Shown here: piece after piece, positions 1 to 8,922 of the stretch
How positions within the stretch are numbered: the first letter of the stretch is position 1
How the letters are laid out: each line of letters begins with the position of its first letter
IMG/VR virus record: IMGVR_UViG_3300013121_000038
Coordinates: 38,312-102,311 of that record
Reading direction: 5' to 3' (one strand)
DNA from: a virus
Taxonomy: Duplodnaviria; Caudoviricetes
DNA: 64,000 nucleotides
The notes under the pieces: generated by a model
The model's input: the letters and a program-made list of their open reading frames with translations, nothing else
Databases searched by the model: none
Told to the model about the DNA's origin: nothing
Position numbers and translations under genes: made by a program

Positions 1-1410
1 AAGACCTTCTACAACGCTCACGCCTTCCAGCACCACGCGAACAAGGACACCGCACGCGCGTTCGGGGTTCCTGTCGTTTCCGTCCTGAATCCGCGCATGA
101 AGCGCGTCGAGCTCATCATCAAGCTCGACCGCGCGGCGGCGCGCGCCCAGGGCGCCGACGGCATCATCACCCGCATCGACAACGGCGAGTTCCCAGACGT
201 CTCGATGGGATGCAAGGTCCCGTACGACGTCTGCTCGATCTGCGCCCACCGCTCGAAGACGCGGAACGACTACTGCCAGCACATGCGGCCGCCGGAAGAG
301 CTCCGGCACATCTACGGCCCGAACAAGATCCTGCCGGATGGTCGCAAGATCTACGTCATCAACACCATCCCCCGCTTCTTCGACATCTCCTTCGTCTTCA
401 TCGGCGCCGACAAGACGGCCAAGGTGATGGCGAAGCTGGCCTCCAATGGTGCGCATGTCTGCCTGGGTGAAGTGTGTGCGATACCTGCCGGAGCAGGAGC
501 GACTGGGCCTCAACTGTATGGACCCAGCGGCAACCCTCTCGATGTTCGAGACCTTCACAAGGTCGCCTCCGCCTGCGACGACCGGACCGGGCCATGTGGC
601 CGCCGATGCGCTGACTGCTCCGAGCGAGACGCCTGCGAAGAGGAGAAGCTCGCTTCCGCCTTCCATGTGAAGTCGGCCGGCAAGAAGATTGCCGAGATCG
701 TGAAGGACGTCCCAGCCGGTGTCTTCTCGATGAAGCGCCTGCCGGAGATGGAGAAGCGGGAGCCTGACATCTCCCGGGAGGACCTCGACCGGATGTCTGA
801 GCGTCCTCTTGCGTCATCCCTCGGCGCCGCCGCGCGGATGGGGATCGTCCTCAAGCCCCACGAATTCCAGAGGGTTGTGCTCAAGCGGATGGGAGAAGAT
901 GCGCTGATCTCCCACCTCGACAAGCACCACCACGTCTTCCGCGAGGTGCCGGACGCCGGCGAGAGCCTCTCCTGCGACGTCCGCGACCCGCTCGACGAAG
1001 TCTTCGACCTCTTGAAGAAGTACATCCGGTCACGTACCGCTCTTGGACCGTCTTTCCAGATGCGGGTGATGGTGGTCGGGAAGTCGAAAAATGTCCTTCC
1101 CACTAGAACCCCAATCGGCAACTCTCTTCTCGACAAGGTGAGCGCCGCGTACAACAGCTACCGGCGTGGAGTTCTGGAGAAGGTCTCGCAGGTGATCGAA
1201 GAAGTGAAGAGCGACCCAAGGTTGGCGGAAGCGGTTCTCGGAGACGGACTCAGCATGATGTTCAAGACGGCCAGCTCCGAGATCCTCTTTCCCGACTCGG
1301 TGAAGTACATGTTGGGCGCTCATCTGCAAGATCGTGGTCTGCTGTGCAAGTCGGCCGCTGGCGCGGTCGTTCTCGATGACTCGGTCTTTTCGGAGACCAA
1401 CTCGGCCTAG
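1..1410 (+). CDS. Putative prohead (capsid maturation) protease, 5'-truncated
   Basis: Frame is open from base 1 (KTFYNAHAFQHHANKD...). Motifs F-x-HH-x-NKD, DVSMGC-x-V-x3-CSIC...YC-x-H and FFDISFV-x2-GAD resemble phage prohead serine proteases with a Zn-ribbon insert. First gene of the head module. Confidence 0.7.
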   Translation, partial: KTFYNAHAFQHHANKDTARAFGVPVVSVLNPRMKRVELIIKLDRAAARAQGADGIITRIDNGEFPDVSMGCKVPYDVCSICAHRSKTRNDYCQHMRPPEELRHIYGPNKILPDGRKIYVINTIPRFFDISFVFIGADKTAKVMAKLASNGAHVCLGEVCAIPAGAGATGPQLYGPSGNPLDVRDLHKVASACDDRTGPCGRRCADCSERDACEEEKLASAFHVKSAGKKIAEIVKDVPAGVFSMKRLPEMEKREPDISREDLDRMSERPLASSLGAAARMGIVLKPHEFQRVVLKRMGEDALISHLDKHHHVFREVPDAGESLSCDVRDPLDEVFDLLKKYIRSRTALGPSFQMRVMVVGKSKNVLPTRTPIGNSLLDKVSAAYNSYRRGVLEKVSQVIEEVKSDPRLAEAVLGDGLSMMFKTASSEILFPDSVKYMLGAHLQDRGLLCKSAAGAVVLDDSVFSETNSA

Positions 1411-1470
1411 AGGCATCCGCCTCAGAGACGGCCACACCAACCCCTGAAGTACCGAACCAGGAGAAACGAC

Positions 1471-2268
1471 ATGCCGATGGATCCACAGCTCGCTGCCATC
1501 TACGGGACCAACCAGGACGAGAGCGACGTCGAGAAGCTCGCCGCCGCCGAGCTCGCCGAGGAGCTCGCAGACGAGGGCGAGGAGGTCGAGGAGTCCGACC
1601 TCTCCGACGAGGAGGCCGAGGAGCTCGCCCAGCAGCTTCTCGCCGCCGAGGGCGAGGAGGGCGCGGAGCAGGGTGACGAGGAGGACGAGGAGGGCGCCGC
1701 CGTCGAGGAGCCGGGCGAGGAGGAGCAGGAGAAGCTCTCCGAGGCCGACTACCTGGGCCGCGTCATGGCCCACGCCTACACCCAGGAGCTCCGCAAGATC
1801 GCCGCCGTCGGCGACTCCAGCGCCTACGAGGGCAAGGACACCGCGTCCCGCGCCCAGAAGGTCGGCGGCTGGGCTCGTCGTCAGGGCCACCGTGCTGCCG
1901 GCGCCGCCAAGGCCTTCGGCAAGCACTTCAAGGGCGGCGACAAGTGGTCCCTGAAGGGCCAGCACGCCGGCAAGACCTGGGGTGCTCGCGCCGCCGTCGG
2001 TGCGGCTGCCGGTGCTGCCGGCTACGGCGCCTACCGGAAGTTCAAGGGCAAGGGCAAGAAGAAGCAGTCCGCCGCCGAGCCGTCGGCCCTCGACATCCTC
2101 GCCGAGCGCCGCGCGCTGGAGATCCTGGCCGAGAACGGCATCGACCCGACCCAGGAGCAGGAGAAGACCAGCGCCTCCGAGCCCGAGATGGAGGCCCTCG
2201 GCAACGCCGTCGAGCAGCGGGCGTACGCGCTGCTCCAGGCCAACGGCTACATCCAGGAGCAGGAGTAG
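1471..2268 (+). CDS. Acidic scaffold/internal head protein with a central basic Gly-rich cassette
   Basis: Very acidic N- and C-termini, GGAG RBS, located between protease and major capsid; several K-x-[AS] motifs. Confidence 0.6.
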   Translation: MPMDPQLAAIYGTNQDESDVEKLAAAELAEELADEGEEVEESDLSDEEAEELAQQLLAAEGEEGAEQGDEEDEEGAAVEEPGEEEQEKLSEADYLGRVMAHAYTQELRKIAAVGDSSAYEGKDTASRAQKVGGWARRQGHRAAGAAKAFGKHFKGGDKWSLKGQHAGKTWGARAAVGAAAGAAGYGAYRKFKGKGKKKQSAAEPSALDILAERRALEILAENGIDPTQEQEKTSASEPEMEALGNAVEQRAYALLQANGYIQEQE

Positions 2269-2274
2269 CACCTT

Positions 2275-2311
2275 CCTGGTGGGCGGCGGGTACGAGACGC
2301 CGCCCACCAGG
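2275..2311 (+). terminator. 14-bp stem-loop (terminator or mRNA-stabilising hairpin)
   Basis: CCTGGTGGGCGGCG-N9-CGCCGCCCACCAGG immediately after the stop codon; no strong U-tract. Confidence 0.5.
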
Positions 2312-2329
2312 CTGTAGTTCGGAGTGCGC

Positions 2330-2710
2330 ATGCCAGCTTGGATCCACGACAGGGCAGAGCACATCCAGAAGAAGAACCCGTCGATGCCGAAGAGCCAGGC
2401 CTTCGCCATCGCCACGCAGCAGTCGCACGCGACAGGACACACCCCGCAGGGCTACGGAACGGCAGAGGGCAAGAGGAAGGCGAAGAGGAAGTACGACAAG
2501 CCGGCGTCGAGCTACACGCAGACGGCGGACCCTAGCAGCAAGACCAAGTCGAGCGGCCTCAACTTGGTTTTCCTGAAAGGGTTCACAAGCGAGCTTGAGA
2601 AGATCTCAGGCGTGTCTGTGAAGAAGAGGTTGGAGCACCCAGCGGAGAAGCCGTCGGCGACTCCTGAGAACTTTCCACCGCCCCTCGCGTCAGCAGCAGG
2701 GGACAGATAG
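2330..2710 (+). CDS. Small basic head-module protein
   Basis: GGAG RBS before ATG 2330; SQAFAIAT helix motif; FTSELEKIS motif shared with other head-module proteins. Confidence 0.6.
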   Translation: MPAWIHDRAEHIQKKNPSMPKSQAFAIATQQSHATGHTPQGYGTAEGKRKAKRKYDKPASSYTQTADPSSKTKSSGLNLVFLKGFTSELEKISGVSVKKRLEHPAEKPSATPENFPPPLASAAGDR

Positions 2711-2722
2711 GACGGAGATGCG

Positions 2723-4288
2723 ATGAAGACCAAGCTCGCCGGTCACCTGCCACTCCAGGACGCCATCGCGCGGACCATCGAGGAGGCGCGCGAGAAGATG
2801 AAGCTCGCCTCCGATGCCTGCGAGGGGGAGGACAAGGAGAAGGTGAAGAAGCTGGTGAAGTTCGAGAAGAAGGAGCACGGCCACATCCCCTCCGAGAAGG
2901 AGGAGCGGGCCGAGTACGAGAAGAAGAGCTCCATCATCGACACCGACGACCCGGAGGAGGTGGAGAAGCTGGCCGCCTCGCTCGACTTCCTCGCCGAGAA
3001 GATCGCCGGCGACTCCGTCACCATCGGCGGCGAGTCGCGTCAGGGCGGCCAGGTCCTCGCGACCATGAACGCCGTCGGCGGCACCCAGCCCTACAAGAAG
3101 GACTCGTCCAAGAGCCACAACGTGCCGACGTCGACCGGCATGAAGTCGACGAAGGACAACCCAGGCGCGTCCACCGCCGTCCCCACGGACGACGAGCGGG
3201 CCCCTGGCGGCACCGGGGCCAAGTACCCCGCCAAGGGCGTCCTCAAGACCGGCGGCGTGAAGAAGACGGCCATGGACTACCACCAGGCCCGCGCGGTCGG
3301 CCAGGCCGTCGGCCTCGGCACCCATCTCGTGGGCGGCGCCATCGGCTACCAGAAGGGCAAGGAGCAGCACGCCCGAGGCGAGAAGCACACCTTCGGGGTG
3401 CCGCAGGGCGCGGCCGCCCTCTTCCTCCCAGGCGGCGCCGGCTACCAGCTCGGCCGCTACATGGGCCACAACGCGGCCGGCGGCGAGAAGAAGAAGGGGA
3501 AGAAGAAGCACAGCTCCGTCGAGCGGCTCCAGCTCGCGCTGGCAGCCCAGACCGGCATCGTCACCCCGGAGATGGCTGCCGACATGGAGAAGGACGCCGG
3601 CAAGGTCACCGACGCCCTGAAGTCCATGGGCGGCAAGGCGCGCGCCGCCGGCGGCCGCGTCATGGAGCTCCTCAAGGGCGGGAAGTTCGGCGCTGGCAAC
3701 CGCGCCAGCAACTACCGGCCTGGTGCGAGAGGCACCATCCCTTCGAGCGAGGCGTGGAAGTCGCTCGGGACTCGTGCTGCGGCCGGAACGGCTGCCGTCG
3801 TCGGCGGGAAGAAGGCCTACGACAAGCTGAAGAAGAAGGGCAAGAAGAAGGCCGCCGGCGTCGAGGCCGTCGACTACATCCTCTCCAAGATCAGCGCCGT
3901 CGAGAACGGTGGCGAGAGCCCGCAGGGTGGTGAGCAGCTCAGCAACACCGCCCCGGTGCCCTCCAACGCCGGCCGTGAGCTCATCCGGAACAAGGACGGC
4001 ATCAAGAACGTGACCAAGGCCCAGGCCAAGTCCCCTCGCAAGAAGGAGCTGGCCGAGGTCCTGACCGAGCCTGCCATGAGCGCGGCTCACGACTCCAAGG
4101 TCAACGAGAACCTGCGGAACGCCGCGAAGGGCGGCGTGAAGATCGCAGCGGCACGGGTGTTCCTCCAGAAGATCGCTTCGGAGGGCTGCCAGTGCTCTGG
4201 CGCCGGCAAGTGCCGGTTCTGCCAGATGCAGGAGAAGGCTGCCGCACTTCGCGGCAACGGAGCCGAGGCCGTCGCCTCGGAGGCATGA
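2723..4288 (+). CDS. Internal head/scaffold polyprotein with two Gly-rich basic cassettes
   Basis: 521 aa, strong codon bias, internal GGES-x-QGG repeat, C-terminal C-x-C-x5-C-x2-C, many K-x-[AS] motifs. Confidence 0.65.
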   Translation: MKTKLAGHLPLQDAIARTIEEAREKMKLASDACEGEDKEKVKKLVKFEKKEHGHIPSEKEERAEYEKKSSIIDTDDPEEVEKLAASLDFLAEKIAGDSVTIGGESRQGGQVLATMNAVGGTQPYKKDSSKSHNVPTSTGMKSTKDNPGASTAVPTDDERAPGGTGAKYPAKGVLKTGGVKKTAMDYHQARAVGQAVGLGTHLVGGAIGYQKGKEQHARGEKHTFGVPQGAAALFLPGGAGYQLGRYMGHNAAGGEKKKGKKKHSSVERLQLALAAQTGIVTPEMAADMEKDAGKVTDALKSMGGKARAAGGRVMELLKGGKFGAGNRASNYRPGARGTIPSSEAWKSLGTRAAAGTAAVVGGKKAYDKLKKKGKKKAAGVEAVDYILSKISAVENGGESPQGGEQLSNTAPVPSNAGRELIRNKDGIKNVTKAQAKSPRKKELAEVLTEPAMSAAHDSKVNENLRNAAKGGVKIAAARVFLQKIASEGCQCSGAGKCRFCQMQEKAAALRGNGAEAVASEA

Positions 4289-4298
4289 GGAGCTGACG

Positions 4299-4694
4299 AT
4301 GCCCGACAAGATCAGCAACGTCCAGGTCGCCCAGCTCCAGAAGCTGGCGAGCACCACCCTCCGGAAGCTGGCGGGGGAGAACAAGACGCTCCGCGACGAG
4401 AACGGTGACCTGAAGACCAAGGTCGCCGCCTTCGAGAAGAGGGCTCGCGCGGAGAAGATCGCGTCCGAGATGGAGTCCAAGGGGCTCAACCTCGGATCCA
4501 CCTTCGAGCAGAAGGTGGCAGAGCTGCTGGAGAACGACCGACTCGACGTCGTCGAGGAGGCCGTCGGTCTGGCGGCGCCGCAGATCAAGCTCGCCTCCGT
4601 CCACGAGGACGGCGTCGAGGTGGAGAGCACGGGAGACGACGCCGCCGACAGGGCGACGCAGGTCTTCGCAGCAGGGCTCGCCTCCCTCGGCTGA
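4299..4694 (+). CDS. Coiled-coil scaffold-like protein
   Basis: Heptad pattern; GAGGAG RBS; just upstream of the decoration and capsid genes. Confidence 0.55.
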   Translation: MPDKISNVQVAQLQKLASTTLRKLAGENKTLRDENGDLKTKVAAFEKRARAEKIASEMESKGLNLGSTFEQKVAELLENDRLDVVEEAVGLAAPQIKLASVHEDGVEVESTGDDAADRATQVFAAGLASLG

Positions 4695-4747
4695 GGAACT
4701 TCAACCCCACGCTGTAGATCGACACACCCTTCAAGGAGAACACCAAG

Positions 4748-5230
4748 ATGTCCGCACCCAACTTCGAGCTGATCACGGAGCTCCAGGTCACCCTCCGCAG
4801 GGACTTCCCGCTGGCGGTGCCTGGCATCCTCAACCCCATGGACGCTCAGCCCCTCGTCGAGGGCGAGTGGCTGGAGCTGGACGCCAACTACCTGCTGAAG
4901 CGCGGCAGCGTCGCTGGCGGCGGCGTGAACGGGGCAGTCTTCCCGGTCCACACCGAGCGCGGTCGGTACGACACGCAGGCGGTCCAGAAGGCCAACGTCA
5001 TCTTCGCCGGCCAGTACGAGGCCGAGACGAAGATCTTCGACACCGGCGGGACGTACAACCCCGGCACCGAGCTGATGGTCGACGACGTGACCATCGGCGG
5101 CATCGTCCGGCGCGGCCTCAAGCCGGCCACGGCGGGCCACATCGTCGTCGGCCACGTCTCCAAGCTCACCGGCTCCGGCGCGTCGGCGAAGCTCCGCTTC
5201 ATCCACGGCGCCAACTACATGAAGGCCTAA
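4748..5230 (+). CDS. Putative head decoration/cement protein
   Basis: 160 aa beta-rich protein directly upstream of the major capsid gene; AAGGAG RBS. Confidence 0.6.
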   Translation: MSAPNFELITELQVTLRRDFPLAVPGILNPMDAQPLVEGEWLELDANYLLKRGSVAGGGVNGAVFPVHTERGRYDTQAVQKANVIFAGQYEAETKIFDTGGTYNPGTELMVDDVTIGGIVRRGLKPATAGHIVVGHVSKLTGSGASAKLRFIHGANYMKA

Positions 5231-5264
5231 GGCCTAGGCCGACACGAAAGGAACGGAGAAAACC

Positions 5265-6404
5265 ATGAGCGTGCCAGCCAAGGTCCTGAACGACCTGTTC
5301 TTCGAGAAGGTCGCCACCCAGGAGGGCAAGGACAAGATCGCCGAGTTCGGCGGGACGTACATCCGCGACCGACTCCGCGAGGTCTCCTTCGCCCGCAAGG
5401 TCCTCCCCCCGCAGCCCGTCCAGCGGTCCGAGTGCCAGCGGTCCGTCAACCACGACACCCTGGTCAAGATCGTCGACATCGAGCCCAACTCGAAGGCGAT
5501 GGCCATGGGCTTCCGTGGCCAGCCCACGGCGCGCTTCATCCGCGCGCCGCGCTACGAGATCCCCTTCTTCACGATCTCGTCCGAGAAGTTCGAGAAGACG
5601 GAGCAGGAGCTCCTCGCCTACGAGATGCCCATCACCAAGATCATCGAGGAGAACTCGGTGAAGGACATCCAGAGCATCGAGGACCGCCAGTTCCTGCTCT
5701 TCATCGAGGCCGCCGTCCAGGGCTTCCAGACCGACGCGAACGGAGGGGCCACGGCGTTCAACCACACGAACGTCAACGCCGGCTCCGTGAAGTCGGCCTC
5801 CGTGGTGAAGGGTGAGGGCGCCCTCACCGCCACGACCGAGGACTTCACCGTCTACCCCGTCCTCAAGACGGACTTCATCAAGATGAAGAAGCTCCTGCAC
5901 CGCCGGCACCTCCGCGCGGAGCGGATGCTTCTCACCGAGCCGGACTACGACGACATCTCGTCGTGGACCATCCAGGACGTCGGCATGACGATCGCCGGCG
6001 AGACCTCCACCGAGGGCTGGAAGAGCGACACGGTGGTGGGCCTGAAGATCATCCGCACCATCAAGACCGAGATCCTCCGCGAGGGCAACATCTACTGCTT
6101 CACCGCGCCGGAGTTCTGCGGCCGCTTCTACGTCCTCAACCAGACCAAGTTCTACATCGACAAGATCGCGAACCTGATCACCTGGCAGTCGTGGGAGGAC
6201 ATCGCGATCGGCATCGGCAACATCTCGTCGATCGTGAAGATGGAGCTCTACCCCGGCTCCGTCACGCCTGGTGAGGAGACCGCCATCGGCGGCGGCATCG
6301 ACTACCGCGCGGCCCTGCCCGTGGACGAGCTCGACCCGCTCCTCGCCCCGACCAACAACAAGGTCGACCAGGGCCTGAAGTACCCGAACGTCTCCCAGTT
6401 CTAG
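5265..6404 (+). CDS. Major capsid protein (HK97-fold, inferred)
   Basis: 379 aa; IRDRLRE-x-SFARK-x-LPP and ENSVKDIQ-x2-ED-x2-F segments typical of phage capsid proteins; extreme codon bias; followed by a strong hairpin. Confidence 0.8.
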   Translation: MSVPAKVLNDLFFEKVATQEGKDKIAEFGGTYIRDRLREVSFARKVLPPQPVQRSECQRSVNHDTLVKIVDIEPNSKAMAMGFRGQPTARFIRAPRYEIPFFTISSEKFEKTEQELLAYEMPITKIIEENSVKDIQSIEDRQFLLFIEAAVQGFQTDANGGATAFNHTNVNAGSVKSASVVKGEGALTATTEDFTVYPVLKTDFIKMKKLLHRRHLRAERMLLTEPDYDDISSWTIQDVGMTIAGETSTEGWKSDTVVGLKIIRTIKTEILREGNIYCFTAPEFCGRFYVLNQTKFYIDKIANLITWQSWEDIAIGIGNISSIVKMELYPGSVTPGEETAIGGGIDYRAALPVDELDPLLAPTNNKVDQGLKYPNVSQF

Positions 6405-6424
6405 CCATCCGGCCGGGGACAACG

Positions 6425-6467
6425 TGAGGGGAGGAGGAGCCACAACTCCTCCTCCCCTCATCGCTTT
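6425..6467 (+). terminator. 15-bp perfect stem-loop after the major capsid gene
   Basis: TGAGGGGAGGAGGAG-N6-CTCCTCCTCCCCTCA followed by TCGCTTT. Confidence 0.65.
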
Positions 6468-6487
6468 CCAGGGGGTAGGATGCCGCC

Positions 6488-6784
6488 ATGAAGGTCTTCA
6501 ACCTGACCAACCACCCGCTCGACTTCCACGGCCGGGTCATCGCGCCGAACGGCGGCAGCCTGGACTACCCAGAGCTCGACGCCTTCCTGCCGTCGCGTGA
6601 CAAGAAGCTGGAGGAGCTCCGCTACATCGCCTTCGGCTTCCTCCCGACCTGGTGGAAGAAGCAGCAGGAGAAGAAGCCACAGGTGCCGCACAAGCGCGTG
6701 ACCCTCAAGCTCTCGGACGACGTGAAGGTCTTCGACAGCGTCTCGACCAGGACTTCCAGGCACGGGAAGAAGTACCAGGGGTGA
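6488..6784 (+). CDS. Hypothetical protein
   Basis: 98 aa ORF with coding-like codon usage in the operon. Confidence 0.65.
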   Translation: MKVFNLTNHPLDFHGRVIAPNGGSLDYPELDAFLPSRDKKLEELRYIAFGFLPTWWKKQQEKKPQVPHKRVTLKLSDDVKVFDSVSTRTSRHGKKYQG

Positions 6785-6787
6785 GGC

Positions 6788-7006
6788 ATGGCGACCGAAT
6801 CAGCCATCATCCGGATGAGGAAGATCCTGGAGAGCAAGGGCATCTCTCAAGACCTGCTGAAGGACACCCTGATGGTGTACGGCCGTGACTGGCTGCGGGA
6901 AGTAGAGGGTGACGTGGTCGGGGAGGAGGCCCTGGCGGCGCGCCGCACCAAGGCGTTCCGGATGGTCGCTGACTCCTGCCCTGACCTCTTCCCGCTCAAG
7001 GACTGA
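6788..7006 (+). CDS. Hypothetical protein
   Basis: 72 aa, tightly coupled to both neighbours. Confidence 0.6.
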   Translation: MATESAIIRMRKILESKGISQDLLKDTLMVYGRDWLREVEGDVVGEEALAARRTKAFRMVADSCPDLFPLKD

Positions 7007-7554
7007 TGATGGCCGACGACCTCGGATACGGCGCAGCAGGCACCAACCTCCCGGCTCCGTCCATGGAGTCGGCTGAGGGCGTGGTGCTGCCGGCGGCGCC
7101 GACGGAGCTCAACGACTTCGTCAACCAGGTCCGGCTCTTCATGCGGGACTACTCGGAGCTGAACCGCCTCATCGCCGGGGAAGAATCCTCGAACCGCCAG
7201 ATCATGTGGGCCGTCTTGGACGCCCTCGACGATTTCAACACAGACCCGCCCTTCACCCGCTTCAACCTGAACAGCTTCCCGTCTCGCAGCCTGCTGCTAC
7301 GGCTCACCGTCATCTCGCTGCTGGAGTCGATCGGCCTCCTCCAGACGCGCAACCATCTCCAGTTCTCGGACGGAGGCATCCAGGTCGGCATCAACGACAA
7401 GACGCCATTCCTCCAGTCCTGGATCCAGCTCTTCCGTTCTCGCTCCGACCAGAAGAGCCAGCGGCTCAAGGTCGCCTACAACATCGAGGCAGCCTGGGGC
7501 GGCGGCATCCACAGCGAGTACCGCTTCGTGAACAACTTCTACGGAGAATGGTGA
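7006..7554 (+). CDS. Putative head-tail adaptor/neck protein
   Basis: 182 aa helical protein (VRLFMRDY...ALDDFN...FSDGG); position after the capsid gene is typical of adaptors. Confidence 0.55.
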   Translation: MMADDLGYGAAGTNLPAPSMESAEGVVLPAAPTELNDFVNQVRLFMRDYSELNRLIAGEESSNRQIMWAVLDALDDFNTDPPFTRFNLNSFPSRSLLLRLTVISLLESIGLLQTRNHLQFSDGGIQVGINDKTPFLQSWIQLFRSRSDQKSQRLKVAYNIEAAWGGGIHSEYRFVNNFYGEW

Positions 7555-8132
7555 TGCGGCCCAACATCGACTCCTTCTTCGACGAGCTGCTGAACGTCTC
7601 GGAAGAGCTCACCAAGCAGTCGAATGCCCCTGTCCCTACCCCGAAGAAGGTTGGGCTTTCTGGCAAGGGCGCTCTCATCGGTGGCGCTCTCGGCGCCGGC
7701 CTGGGCGGAATCCGCGCCATCGGCCGAGAGACGCACGAGCGTGCGGCTGATGACCGTGCCGGCCTGACCGACGAGCAGAAGAAGGTCCTGAGGAAGAAGC
7801 GTCTCGCCGGTCACGCAGCCAACATCCTGGCCTGGAGCGGCGCAGGCTCTGGCATCGGTAGCCTGGAGCGCAAGGCGCGCGGTGTCGTCGGCGAGGCCGG
7901 AGAGAAGGTGTGGGATTCCATCGACTACGCCCGCGCGCACGCAGACGAGGTCGTCGCGGATGCTCGCAAGCACGCGGACCAGGTCGTCGCCGACGCCCAT
8001 GCCCGCGCCAACCAGACTGTTCACGACGCGCCGAAGAACTTCGTCAAGGGCATCGGTCACGCTGCGGCAAACGCCGGAAAGCGAGTCGGTCGCGGCATCA
8101 AGTCCATCTTCACCAGGAAGCCGAAGGTGTAA
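7554..8132 (+). CDS. Glycine-zipper internal virion protein
   Basis: ATG overlaps the upstream TGA; FFDELL...ELTKQS leader followed by GALIGGALGAGLGG; ARAHADEVVAD tandem repeat. Confidence 0.65.
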   Translation: MRPNIDSFFDELLNVSEELTKQSNAPVPTPKKVGLSGKGALIGGALGAGLGGIRAIGRETHERAADDRAGLTDEQKKVLRKKRLAGHAANILAWSGAGSGIGSLERKARGVVGEAGEKVWDSIDYARAHADEVVADARKHADQVVADAHARANQTVHDAPKNFVKGIGHAAANAGKRVGRGIKSIFTRKPKV

Positions 8133-8141
8133 GGAGCCAGC

Positions 8142-8282
8142 ATGGCCATCGCAGCGTTCAAGGTCGCCGAGTTCAGCACCGCCCTGGATCTCCAGAAGTT
8201 CGTGGCGACTGGGGCGCCCGTCGTTGTCGTCTCCATCGTCTTCAACGGCGCCAGCGGCAAGTACGTCCTGTTCTACACCTAG
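8142..8282 (+). CDS. Small hypothetical protein (46 aa, below the ORF-track cutoff)
   Basis: AAGGAG RBS; MAIAAFKVAEF...KYVLFYT fills the intergenic gap. Confidence 0.65.
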   Translation: MAIAAFKVAEFSTALDLQKFVATGAPVVVVSIVFNGASGKYVLFYT

Positions 8283-8295
8283 CCAGGGAGCGGCC

Positions 8296-8922
8296 GTGGA
8301 CGACCTCACCTTCTATCAGGCGCTGCGCGGTCCAAGGGCCGAAGGCGGCGAGGCATGTCTGCGCTCCCTCATGAAGAAGACTGCCCAGACAACGCCGGTC
8401 AAGAAGCCGATCTCCGTCCAGGACACTCATGCCATATCCAACGACATCCAGGCTCGGATGGCGGAGGTCGTGAAGAGGCTGAAGGCGATCAAAGCCGGCA
8501 AGATCAAGAAGGGCTCGGCCGAGGAAGCGAAGAAGCAGGTCCTCGACCGACTCAAGGCTCATGCTCCTGAGCTCATCGGCGGCGGTGTCGGAACCGTGGC
8601 GGGTGGTCTGTACGGTTATCTTGCGTCCCGCCGCAAGGATCCGAAGAAGCCGTCGGCCATGGAAGAGGACGCCGCCAAGATGCTGCGGGCGTACGAACGT
8701 GCCGAGCAGGAGATGAAGGAAGAGGGCAAGAAGCCAGGCTTCCCGCACAAGATGCGTGGTGTCTACGCCCGTGCCTTCGCCGACGCCTCGAAGGTGATGA
8801 AGGAGCATCCAGTCGCCACCGGCGCGATGTATGGCGGCGCCGCTGGTTCGGCCGGGGCAGGGCTCGGTCGTATCGCCTACGACCTCTACAACAGCAGAAT
8901 CGGAAAGGGCCTCGACGTATGA
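8296..8922 (+). CDS. Glycine-zipper internal virion protein
   Basis: GTG start after GGGAG; LIGGGVGTVAGGLYGY and GAMYGGAAGSAGAGLG zippers; KKTA motif. Confidence 0.65.
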   Translation: MDDLTFYQALRGPRAEGGEACLRSLMKKTAQTTPVKKPISVQDTHAISNDIQARMAEVVKRLKAIKAGKIKKGSAEEAKKQVLDRLKAHAPELIGGGVGTVAGGLYGYLASRRKDPKKPSAMEEDAAKMLRAYERAEQEMKEEGKKPGFPHKMRGVYARAFADASKVMKEHPVATGAMYGGAAGSAGAGLGRIAYDLYNSRIGKGLDV

